A stretch of 39,284 nucleotides of DNA from Eubacteriales bacterium. GTDB lineage: Bacteria > Bacillota > Clostridia > Oscillospirales > CAG-272. Positions 1 to 7,505 of this stretch are shown piece after piece; position 1 is the stretch's first letter, and the number at the start of each line of letters is the position of its first letter. Both the position numbers and the translations under genes were made by a program. The notes under the pieces are model-generated. The model saw nothing but the letters and a program-made list of their open reading frames with translations, did not search any database and was not told the DNA's origin. The stretch lies in contig JAZLBM010000215.1 of NCBI GenBank assembly GCA_045613705.1, forward strand, positions 1 to 39,284, written 5' to 3'.

Positions 1-2
1 CC

Positions 3-218
3 GCGCATCCCGAAGCGTCGGTGGATTATATCCACGGCGTAGAGGTAACCGAAAATCTTGCAAGACGGGAGAATGCCATCGGCTTCCTGTTTGACGGTAT
101 GACAAAGGATCAGCTCTTCAAGACGGTGATCTGTGACGGCGCGCTTCCTCGCAAGACCTTCTCTATGGGACACGCGGAAGACAAGCGCTATTATCTGGAG
201 TGCAGAAAAATCAAATAA
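3..218 (+). CDS. 3' end of an unidentified CDS entering from the left edge (C-terminal ~71 aa)
   Basis: The frame is open from the window edge; the track ORF 21..218 is only the part from an internal GTG. It ends at TAA 216-218 and a hairpin terminator follows directly. I do not recognise the peptide ...DGALPRKTFSMGHAEDKRYYLECRKIK. Confidence 0.45.
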   Translation, partial: AHPEASVDYIHGVEVTENLARRENAIGFLFDGMTKDQLFKTVICDGALPRKTFSMGHAEDKRYYLECRKIK

Positions 219-220
219 AA

Positions 221-250
221 AGAAGGGAATGCGATTGCATTCCCTTTTTC
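221..250. terminator. Bidirectional intrinsic terminator shared by the left-edge CDS and nagB
   Basis: Stem GGGAATGC (225-232), loop GATT, stem GCATTCCC (237-244). It is flanked by an A-rich run upstream and TTTTT downstream, and sits between convergent stop codons at 218 and 257. Confidence 0.8.
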
Positions 251-256
251 GTTTGA

Positions 257-988
257 TTATTCGCCGTAGTATGCCGCGTAGTCGCAGATCACCGTGAAGT
301 CGTGATGGAGCTTCAGGAGAGATGCGGGGAGCATAGTGGTAACCTCACCGTTGAGAAGTCCCGTGATGGCGTCGTGCTTATCCTTGCCGCCGGCAATGAG
401 AAGGATCTTCTTGGCGCCGCAGATGGAGCCGAGACCGGTGGTGATCGCGTGGCGGGGCATCTGGTTGGGATCCTCGAAGAGAACCGAGTTTGCCTCGATG
501 GTGCTCTCGGTAAGCTTTACGGTATGGGTGCCAAGCTCAAGGGCCTCTGCGGGCTCGTTGAAGCCGATGTGACCGTTACGTCCGATACCGAGCAGCTGAA
601 GGTCGATTCCGCCCTCATCCTCGATCATCTTGTCATAGCGGCGACCCTCTTCCTCAGCCTGGTCGAGAGGGGTGTTACCTGCGGGAATATGTACGTTCTC
701 GGGTGCAAGGTTGACCTTGTCCCAAAGGTGCTTGTGCATGAATGCGCAGTAGCTGTTGGGGTCCTTGGGGTCGATGGGGAGATATTCGTCAAGGTTGTAG
801 GTGCGAACGTCGGAAAAATCAAGCTCGCCTGCCTTGTACATCTCGTAAAGGCGCTCGTATACGCGGATGGGGCTGCTTCCCGTAGCCAGACCGAGAACGG
901 CAGAGGGATTCTCGCGAACCTCGTTTGCGATGAGCTCAGCGGCCTTTTCGGTTACTTCATCATAGGTTTTGCAAAGAATGAATTTCAT
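257..988 (-). CDS. nagB: Glucosamine-6-phosphate deaminase
   Basis: 243-aa product from ATG 988 (MKFILCKTYDEVTEKAAELI...). It has family hallmarks GLATGSSP, YNLDEY and LGIGRNGHIGFNEP, and a GGAAG SD upstream. The 296-aa track ORF starting at 1147 would run through the divergent promoter region. Confidence 0.9.
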   Translation of the reverse strand: MKFILCKTYDEVTEKAAELIANEVRENPSAVLGLATGSSPIRVYERLYEMYKAGELDFSDVRTYNLDEYLPIDPKDPNSYCAFMHKHLWDKVNLAPENVHIPAGNTPLDQAEEEGRRYDKMIEDEGGIDLQLLGIGRNGHIGFNEPAEALELGTHTVKLTESTIEANSVLFEDPNQMPRHAITTGLGSICGAKKILLIAGGKDKHDAITGLLNGEVTTMLPASLLKLHHDFTVICDYAAYYGE

Positions 989-1108
989 GATCAATACTTC
1001 CTTTTCAAAAGATTTTTCATATAAGGGAACGTCAAGGACGGTTCCGTGTGTCCAGAATTGTGTGGAAAACTCTGTCTCGGCATGCAGAAAATTTTTTCCG
1101 CAAGACTG

Positions 1109-1137
1109 TTGACAGACTTTTTTGTTTATGATATATT
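1109..1137 (+). promoter_or_regulatory. Candidate sigma-A promoter for the AraC-family gene
   Basis: TTGACA (1109-1114), 17-nt spacer, TGaTATATT extended -10 (1132-1137), about 80 nt upstream of ATG 1217. Confidence 0.45.
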
Positions 1138-1216
1138 TATTATACACGATACAAAAACAAATGTATATAGGTTTTTGTGTATAAATTCTTTAATTTTTCG
1201 TAAATTTGGAGAAGAT

Positions 1217-2080
1217 ATGGAAGTCAAACGGTATCCGCTATGTAAAATTCAGCCGGTGATGCGCATCACCGCCTTTTGTTCTGCCTACGTGGACGTAAGA
1301 CCTGTGGACTTTCTTTTCAAGGGAGAGATGCACGATTTTTGGGAGTGTGTGTTCATCCTGAAGGGAAAAGCAGGTATCACGGCGGGCGAATCGGTGTACC
1401 GACTTGGCGAGGGACAGATGATCTTTCATCCGCCCATGGAGTTTCACCGCATCTGGAACGAGGGCGATGAGCCTCTCCACTTTTTGATCGTTTCCTTTAC
1501 GGCGTACGGCTTCCATCTGGATACCCATCGCATCTGCACCTTCCCGTCGTCGGATACCATCATTGAGTTGGTACGCGAGCTTCGCAAGCTGTTTGTGACC
1601 AACGGCACACTTTTGGTTCGTATGATGGATGAATCCTGCGCGGCGGCTGTGCAGAGTGTGGTCAACCGAATGGAAAACTATTTCCTCAGCCTTCTGAATC
1701 GAGAAGAATCCTATCCCGTGGTGGAGCAGGATCGCCGTGCGGAGTTGTATTCCGCCGCCGTAGCGATTATGCACCAGAACCTTTCGGGACGGCTTTCCGC
1801 CACCCAGATCGCGGAGCATTGCGGTATGAGCGTTTCCACGATGCAGAAGCTGTTCCTTCGCTACGTGGGCATGGGAATGATGAATTATTACACCAGCCTT
1901 CGTATGCGCCACGCCCGTCAGCTCTTGGAAAAGGGGCGGAGCGTGAAGGAGGTGGGAATGCTTCTTGGGTACAACGATCAGAACTATTTCAGCACCGTCT
2001 ATCGCCGCTACTTCGGTGAGCCGCCTTCAGCCTCCAAGGGGAAGGGCATTACCATCACGTCAAGCCTGGACGAAATGTGA
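1217..2080 (+). CDS. AraC family transcriptional regulator (cupin-like sensor domain plus C-terminal double HTH)
   Basis: Start chosen at ATG 1217 (MEVKRYPLCK...), preceded by GGAGAAG. The N-terminal part is cupin-like (FHPPMEFHRIWNEGDEPLHFL). The C-terminus is AraC-type HTH (LSATQIAEHCGMSVSTMQKLF ... GYNDQNYFSTVYRRYFGEPPS). It is divergent from nagB. Confidence 0.85.
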   Translation: MEVKRYPLCKIQPVMRITAFCSAYVDVRPVDFLFKGEMHDFWECVFILKGKAGITAGESVYRLGEGQMIFHPPMEFHRIWNEGDEPLHFLIVSFTAYGFHLDTHRICTFPSSDTIIELVRELRKLFVTNGTLLVRMMDESCAAAVQSVVNRMENYFLSLLNREESYPVVEQDRRAELYSAAVAIMHQNLSGRLSATQIAEHCGMSVSTMQKLFLRYVGMGMMNYYTSLRMRHARQLLEKGRSVKEVGMLLGYNDQNYFSTVYRRYFGEPPSASKGKGITITSSLDEM

Positions 2081-2086
2081 TCCATC

Positions 2087-2117
2087 AAGACTCGCAGTTA
2101 TCTGCGAGTCTTTTTTT
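2087..2117 (+). terminator. Intrinsic terminator after the AraC-family gene
   Basis: Perfect 11-bp stem AAGACTCGCAG / CTGCGAGTCTT with a TTAT loop, followed by a T-run to 2117. The T-run overlaps the stop codon of the convergent HAD gene. Confidence 0.85.
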
Positions 2118-2766
2118 AGTTCAAAAGAAGATCGATCAGCTCGTCCTGGCTTTTTACAATATGAGTCGCGCCCTCGGCGGTCAGCTCCTCGGTGCTTCCG
2201 TAGCCCCAAAGAACGCCAACGGAGTCAAGCCCCGTTTTCTTGGCACCAAGAATATCGTGCTTGCGGTCACCGATCATAACCGCGTCCTCGGGGACGATCT
2301 CGGGACGGGTGTCAAGGGCATAGCGGATAACGTCCCATTTTTCCGAGCGCTTTTCGTCAAGGCTTGCGCCTGCGATATAGTCGAAGTAGGGGGCGAGTCC
2401 GAAGTGCTCGACGATGCGCTTGGCATAGACCTCGGGCTTGGAGGTGGCAAGAAACAGATGCTTGCCTGCCTTAGAAAGGCGCTCCAGCGTTTCGTGGATG
2501 CCGTCGTAGGGGCGGTTTTCAAAAATGCCCGTCACGCTGAAATATTCCCGATAGTATGCGACGGCACGCTCCGCATCCTCGCGGGAAAAGGAGAAGAAGC
2601 GCATAAAGGATTCAATGAGGGGCGGGCCGATGAAAGGATAAAGCGTAGATCTGTCGGTCACCTCGATACCGAACTTGGCAAGGGCATAGGCTACCGAGTT
2701 GGTGATGCCTTCGCCGGGATCGGTCAAGGTGCCGTCAAGATCAAAGAGAAGATATTGATAACGCAT
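2116..2766 (-). CDS. HAD-superfamily hydrolase, phosphoglycolate phosphatase / 5'-nucleotidase-like
   Basis: Start at ATG 2766 (MRYQYLLFDLDGTLTDP) with a GAGGT SD. HAD motif I is DLDGTLT; motif III/IV is MIGDRKHDILGAKKTG. It lies 16 nt downstream of the glpK stop on the same strand. Confidence 0.85.
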   Translation of the reverse strand: MRYQYLLFDLDGTLTDPGEGITNSVAYALAKFGIEVTDRSTLYPFIGPPLIESFMRFFSFSREDAERAVAYYREYFSVTGIFENRPYDGIHETLERLSKAGKHLFLATSKPEVYAKRIVEHFGLAPYFDYIAGASLDEKRSEKWDVIRYALDTRPEIVPEDAVMIGDRKHDILGAKKTGLDSVGVLWGYGSTEELTAEGATHIVKSQDELIDLLLN

Positions 2767-2782
2767 AATTACCTCGTGTTTT

Positions 2783-4270
2783 TTATAGGGACATAAGGGT
2801 ACGCTTGATGGCGTTGTGCCAGCCGCGAAGTGCCTCCTCGCGCTGTGCTTCATCGATGTGGGGACGGAAGCGCTTTCCGGCCTTGGCAATGCTCTTCATC
2901 TCGGATGTGCCGTGGAAGCATCCTACCGCAAGGCCCGCCATCATAGCGGCACCGAGGGCGGTCGTTTCTATACAGGAGGATCGAACGACGGGAACGCCGA
3001 GAAAATCTGCCTGAAGCCCCAGAAGAATATCGTTGGCAGAGCCTCCGCCGTCTACGCGAAGGGAGGCGAGGGACTGTCCCACCTCATCCTGCATTACCGT
3101 GAGCACGTCTACCGTCTGATAGGCCATTGCTTCAAGGGTAGCGCGCACCAAATGGGCTTTTGTGGTGCCTCTGGTAATGCCGTAAATAGCGCCGCGCGCG
3201 TAAGGGTCCCAATACGGAGCGCCCAGGCCCACAAAAGCGGGCACAAAATAGACGCCGCCCGTGTTTTTGACCTGTGCCGCCAGAAGCTGGCTTTCCGAGG
3301 CGCTTGAGAGGATGCCGAGGCAATCGCGAAGCCATTGAATGGCCGCGCCGCAAATGAAAACGGAGCCCTCGAGCACGTAGCTTATCTCGCCGTCAAGTCC
3401 CCACGCCACGGAGGTGAGAAGACCGTTTTGCGAGAAGACAGGCTTGTCGCCTGTGTTCATCAGAAGAAACCCACCCGTGCCGTAGGTGTTTTTGGCGTCG
3501 CCCTTTTTCAGACATCCTTGTCCGAACAGTGCGGCCTGCTGGTCGCCGATAGCGCCCGCAATGGGGATCTCACCGCCAAATATAGATGGGTCAGCTTCGC
3601 CAAACAAATACGAGGAAGGATGGAGCGAGGGGAGCATCGCACGGGGAATGTCAAAGATGGACAGAAGCTCCTCGTCCCAGTCCAGGGTGTTGATATTGAA
3701 AAGCATCGTACGGGAAGCATTGGAATAATCGGTTGCGTGAACGCGTCCCCCCGTAAGATTGTAGATCAGCCAGGTGTCGACCGTGCCAAAGAGAAGCTCG
3801 CCATTCTCGGCCTTTTGTCTTGCACCTTCCACGTTGTCAAGTATCCACTTGATCTTGCTGGCGGAGAAGTATGAGTCGAGGATGAGACCGGTCTTGCGGC
3901 GGATAGTGTCCTCAAGCCCCTTTGCCTTCAGCTCGTCGCAGAATTCTGCGGTTCTGCGGCATTGCCATACGATGGCGTTACAGATGGGATTTCCTGTGGA
4001 GCGTTCCCAAACCACGGTGGTTTCGCGCTGATTGGTAATGCCGATGGCGGCAATGTCCCGTGGCGTGGCGCCGATCTTCTCCATAGCCGCCTTGGCGGAA
4101 CGAAGCTGTGAGCCCCAGATCTCGCTTGGGTTGTGCTCCACCCAGCCTTCGCGGGGGAAGATCTGCTCAAATTCATAGGCGGCGGAGGCAACGGGCTCGC
4201 CGCGCAGATTGAAAAGGATCGTGCGGGAGCTGGTTGTTCCTTGGTCAAAGGACATCAGGTATTTTGACAT
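2783..4270 (-). CDS. glpK: Glycerol kinase
   Basis: 495 aa. The N-terminus MSKYLMSFDQGTTSSRTILF and the overall FGGY-kinase pattern are consistent with glycerol kinase (GITNQRETTVVWE, WLIYNLTGG, GDQQAALFGQ). GAGGTG SD upstream. Confidence 0.95.
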   Translation of the reverse strand: MSKYLMSFDQGTTSSRTILFNLRGEPVASAAYEFEQIFPREGWVEHNPSEIWGSQLRSAKAAMEKIGATPRDIAAIGITNQRETTVVWERSTGNPICNAIVWQCRRTAEFCDELKAKGLEDTIRRKTGLILDSYFSASKIKWILDNVEGARQKAENGELLFGTVDTWLIYNLTGGRVHATDYSNASRTMLFNINTLDWDEELLSIFDIPRAMLPSLHPSSYLFGEADPSIFGGEIPIAGAIGDQQAALFGQGCLKKGDAKNTYGTGGFLLMNTGDKPVFSQNGLLTSVAWGLDGEISYVLEGSVFICGAAIQWLRDCLGILSSASESQLLAAQVKNTGGVYFVPAFVGLGAPYWDPYARGAIYGITRGTTKAHLVRATLEAMAYQTVDVLTVMQDEVGQSLASLRVDGGGSANDILLGLQADFLGVPVVRSSCIETTALGAAMMAGLAVGCFHGTSEMKSIAKAGKRFRPHIDEAQREEALRGWHNAIKRTLMSL

Positions 4271-5012
4271 ACTGCACCTCGTTTCGGATCCGCAGAAGGG
4301 ATCCTTTCATATCGTGAAGTCGTATCTGCTCGGCGCGGAGCAGATTCAGATAATGTGTCTGTGGCGTCTCCTTCTTATTGACCGCGGTGATGGCGCGGGA
4401 GGAGGAGAGAATCAAATTGGAAAGCGTTTCATCAAGGAGTGACGTATACTCCTCAAGGCGCTTCGTGTTACCGCTTACGGTGTCAAAAAGCGACGGATCG
4501 CCGTGTGCAAGCTCCCGATACACCGATCCGACCGGCGCTTGGATACCGCCCTCAAGGAGTGCGATGTGCCGTAGCGTAACGTCGGTGGCAAGATCCGCGG
4601 AGCATAAAAACGCTTCGAGATCCGTGCGAAGGGGCGCCAAAAGAAGGGCGGCGCCTGCAAGATCGTGGATCTGCGCTTCCAGACCCAAGATCAATTTCAA
4701 ATGCTTTTGTGTCAGAGCCGACGCGGAATCGCGACCGGAAAAGAGAACTGCCTTCTTAGCGTCTCTCCCGAGGATCTGTTCGATTTCCAAGAGCGTGCTT
4801 GTGACGACCTTCGTTAAAATATCGGTGACGCGGCAAAGGGCTTCTTCGGCGGCAAGGGAGGCTTTGCGGATTTTGTTTAAGCAATCGTAGAAATCCGCAA
4901 GAGCACCTTGCTCCGCCGCCGTAAGATAGTTGGAAAATTGCTCTTTTTGAAGCGATGTGATCAATGTGGGGGAGGCATAGTGCTCCACCAGAATTTCGTC
5001 TATGGGTCTCAT
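4245..5012 (-). CDS. Hypothetical protein, predicted all-helical, family not recognised
   Basis: 255-aa ORF with a GGAGA SD 5 nt upstream of ATG 5012. Its 3' end overlaps the glpK start by 26 nt. Leu/Ala/Glu-rich, with no TM segment or catalytic motif that I can name. Confidence 0.6.
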   Translation of the reverse strand: MRPIDEILVEHYASPTLITSLQKEQFSNYLTAAEQGALADFYDCLNKIRKASLAAEEALCRVTDILTKVVTSTLLEIEQILGRDAKKAVLFSGRDSASALTQKHLKLILGLEAQIHDLAGAALLLAPLRTDLEAFLCSADLATDVTLRHIALLEGGIQAPVGSVYRELAHGDPSLFDTVSGNTKRLEEYTSLLDETLSNLILSSSRAITAVNKKETPQTHYLNLLRAEQIRLHDMKGSLLRIRNEVQYVKIPDVL

Positions 5013-5027
5013 GCTGTCTCCTTGTGC

Positions 5028-5059
5028 AAAAAAAGGGCTGCTGTGAATACAACAACCCT
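5028..5059 (-). terminator. Intrinsic terminator downstream of the KH-domain gene
   Basis: On the minus-strand RNA: AGGGUUGUUG, loop UAUUCA, CAGCAGCCCU. This is a 10-bp stem with two G-U pairs, followed by UUUUUUU. The U-tract ends about 15 nt before ATG 5012. Confidence 0.75.
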
Positions 5060-5109
5060 CTTTCCGGCGCGTAGCCGTTGCCCCGTGAAATCGGGCAAGT
5101 ATTTTTTTG

Positions 5110-5346
5110 TCACTTGATTTCGACGTTGACCCTTTTGCTGGTATTTCCGGCAGCTGCTTTGATCAGCGAACGGATCGCCTTAGCGATTTTTCCGTGCTTG
5201 CCAATAACCATTCCCATATCGTCGGGGGCAACGCTGAGAACCAAATTGATACCGTTCTCGTCCTCGGTCTGAACGACCGTAACTTCATCGGGGCTGTCAA
5301 CGATTGCCTTGGCAATGTCGGTCAAGGTTGTCTTCAAATCTGCCAT
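5110..5346 (-). CDS. ylqC: KH domain RNA-binding protein (UPF0109 / YlqC family)
   Basis: 78 aa from ATG 5346 (MADLKTTLTDIAKAIVD...), with the KH GXXG loop VIGKHGKIAKAIRSL and a GGAGA SD. It has the conserved position directly after rpsP. Confidence 0.85.
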   Translation of the reverse strand: MADLKTTLTDIAKAIVDSPDEVTVVQTEDENGINLVLSVAPDDMGMVIGKHGKIAKAIRSLIKAAAGNTSKRVNVEIK

Positions 5347-5365
5347 GCCTAATCTCCGATCGGGA

Positions 5366-5608
5366 TCAGTCAACGATGCCGGACTTCTTAAGAAGAGCCT
5401 TTACGGTCTCGGTAGGCTGAGCGCCATTGCCGATCCACTTCTTTGCCTTGTCAGCGTCGATGGAGAGCTGAACGGGCTCAGAGATGGGGTTGTAGTAACC
5501 GATCTCCTCGATGAATCTTCCGTTTCTGGGGTAGCGGCTGTCAGCAACAACAACGCGGTAGAAGGGAGCCTTCTTGGCACCAATTCTCTTAAGTCTGATT
5601 TTTACCAT
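5366..5608 (-). CDS. rpsP: 30S ribosomal protein S16
   Basis: [25 protein letters not shown]... is a typical bS16 N-terminus. GGAGG SD. Confidence 0.95.
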   Translation of the reverse strand: MVKIRLKRIGAKKAPFYRVVVADSRYPRNGRFIEEIGYYNPISEPVQLSIDADKAKKWIGNGAQPTETVKALLKKSGIVD

Positions 5609-5674
5609 GGTATTTTTCCTCCAAAAAAATTAATTGAATTGTTTTTTGATTTTTATAAAAAGCCTGATTCTTTA

Positions 5675-7012
5675 TCAGAACGGCATTTTCATCTTTCCTT
5701 TGGCGAGGCGCGAAAGCTTCGAGGGGTCGGAAAACTGCTTCATCAGCTTGTTTACCTGCTCGAACTGCTTTAAGAGCTTGTTGACCTCTTCCACAGTGGT
5801 TCCGCTTCCTGCCGCGATGCGCTTTCTTCGGGATGCATTCAGCACCGAAGGCTTTTCGCGCTCAAGCTTTGTCATAGACTTGATGATCGCTTCCTGACGG
5901 GCAAGGAGCTTTTCATCCACCTTGGCGTCGCGAAGCGCGCCGGCATTCATACCGGGGATCATACCGGCCAGCTGATCCATACCGCCCATCTTTTTGAGCT
6001 GTGCGAACTGGTCCAGATAATCGTCGAGGGTAAAGGTGGATTTGCGGATCTTCTCCTCCAATTCCTTTGCTTTTTTCTCGTCAAACGCCTGCTCGGCCTT
6101 TTCGATCAGAGTAAGGACGTCGCCCATACCGAGGATTCGGGATGCCATACGGTCGGGGTGGAAGGGCTCGATCTTATCCAGCTTTTCGCCGGTACCGATA
6201 AACTTGATGGGCTTTCCGGTTACGTGCTTGATGGAAAGCGCCGCACCACCTCGGGTGTCGCCGTCCAGCTTGGTAAGCACCACGCCGGTGACGTCAAGGA
6301 GTTGGTTGAAGCTTTCCGCTACGTTGACGGCATCCTGGCCGATCATAGCGTCTACCGTGAGAAGGATCTCAGTGGGCTCGACCTCGGCCTTGATGGAGCG
6401 AAGCTCCTCCATCAGCTGTTCATCAATATGAAGGCGACCTGCCGTATCGATGAACACCATATCGTGCCCCTTCTTTTCGGCAAATTTTAAGCCTTCCTTG
6501 GCGATCTTTACGGGGGAGACGTCGGTGCCCATGGAGAACACGGGAATGCCGAGGGTCTCGCCTACGATTTCCAGCTGCTTGATTGCGGCGGGTCTGTAAA
6601 CGTCACAAGCGACAAGCAAGGGGTTCTTTCCCTGGGACTTGTAAAGACCTGCCAGCTTTGCGGCGTGGGTGGTCTTACCTGCACCCTGAAGACCTACCAT
6701 CATAATAACTGTGGGAGGCTTGGGGGAAATGGTCAGCTTGGACTGGGAGCCGCCCATAAGGTTGGTGAGCTCCTCGTTTACAATTTTAACGATCTGCTGG
6801 GCGGGCATAAGGGATTCGAGAACGTCGCTTCCCACGGCGCGAGCAGAAACGATATTGACAAAGTCTTTGACTACCTTGAAGTTAACGTCGGCTTCCAGAA
6901 GTGCGAGCTTGATCTCTCGCATTCCTGCCTTGACATCGGCTTCGGTAAGCTTTCCTTTGCTGCGGAATTTTTTGAAGGCCCCTGTGAGTTTGTCTCCAAG
7001 ACTTTGGAACAT
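5675..7012 (-). CDS. ffh: Signal recognition particle protein Ffh
   Basis: 445 aa. SRP54-type GTPase motifs GLQGAGKTT, DTAGR and TKLDGD, plus a Met-rich M domain (MGGMDQLAGMIPGMNAG). Confidence 0.95.
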   Translation of the reverse strand: MFQSLGDKLTGAFKKFRSKGKLTEADVKAGMREIKLALLEADVNFKVVKDFVNIVSARAVGSDVLESLMPAQQIVKIVNEELTNLMGGSQSKLTISPKPPTVIMMVGLQGAGKTTHAAKLAGLYKSQGKNPLLVACDVYRPAAIKQLEIVGETLGIPVFSMGTDVSPVKIAKEGLKFAEKKGHDMVFIDTAGRLHIDEQLMEELRSIKAEVEPTEILLTVDAMIGQDAVNVAESFNQLLDVTGVVLTKLDGDTRGGAALSIKHVTGKPIKFIGTGEKLDKIEPFHPDRMASRILGMGDVLTLIEKAEQAFDEKKAKELEEKIRKSTFTLDDYLDQFAQLKKMGGMDQLAGMIPGMNAGALRDAKVDEKLLARQEAIIKSMTKLEREKPSVLNASRRKRIAAGSGTTVEEVNKLLKQFEQVNKLMKQFSDPSKLSRLAKGKMKMPF

Positions 7013-7044
7013 GGGATCACCTTCCTTTCTGAACGTGTTTTTGC

Positions 7045-7380
7045 TTACTGTCCCAAAAGTCGGATCAGCGCGTCGACCTCATCCTTTAAGGAATCGGGGG
7101 CGCCTATGCCGCGAATCTGAGACGAAAGGGTTTCTAAATGTCCCTGCGCTTCGCGGAAGGTCTTAAAGAGCCCCAGCTTTTCCTCAAAGAAAAGAAGCTC
7201 ATCTTCGGCCTTCTTGATCAGCTCGCGGACACCCTGGCGGGAGATGCCCACCTCGTCTGCGATCTCTGCAAGAGACATATCGTCGTTATAATACATAGAG
7301 AGAACGGTTTGCTTGCGCTCACTGAGGACTTCACCGTAGAAGTCAAGCAGGCAAGCGATCTTCAAATCTTTCTCAAACAT
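7045..7380 (-). CDS. ylxM: YlxM/p13-like putative DNA-binding protein (UPF0122, sigma-70 region-4-like HTH)
   Basis: Start at ATG 7380 (MFEKDLKIACLLDFYGEVLSERKQTVLSMYYNDDMSLAEIADEVGISRQGV...). It has the conserved position immediately upstream of ffh. Confidence 0.85.
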   Translation of the reverse strand: MFEKDLKIACLLDFYGEVLSERKQTVLSMYYNDDMSLAEIADEVGISRQGVRELIKKAEDELLFFEEKLGLFKTFREAQGHLETLSSQIRGIGAPDSLKDEVDALIRLLGQ

Positions 7381-7438
7381 ACCGAGCCTTTCCGTGCCGA
7401 CACCGCTTGGTATCGGTGTAAAGCAAAACACTTTACAG

Positions 7439-7467
7439 AGTATACCACACAAGATTCGGGATGTCAA
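7439..7467 (-). promoter_or_regulatory. Candidate sigma-A promoter for ylxM-ffh-rpsP-ylqC
   Basis: Minus strand reads TTGACA (7467-7462), 17-nt spacer, TGgTATACT extended -10 (7444-7439), about 55 nt upstream of ATG 7380. Confidence 0.5.
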
Positions 7468-7505
7468 TACTTTTTTTCAAAAAAATCAAATAAATTTTCG
7501 TTTTT

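Noticed and set aside
1046-1216. Upstream extensions of three track ORFs: the AraC-family ORF (start 1046), nagB (start 1147) and the BaiN-like ORF (start 31019).
   Set aside because: The extensions overlap each other or the upstream gene. They lack an SD and add non-homologous residues ahead of the conserved N-termini. Internal ATGs with an SD (1217, 988, 31106) fit the family start positions.
7471-7485. A T7-C-A7 palindrome between the membrane-protein gene and the ylxM promoter.
   Set aside because: It is a pure A/T homopolymer dyad with negligible stem stability. It looks like an AT-rich UP-element-like promoter flank rather than a terminator or repeat.
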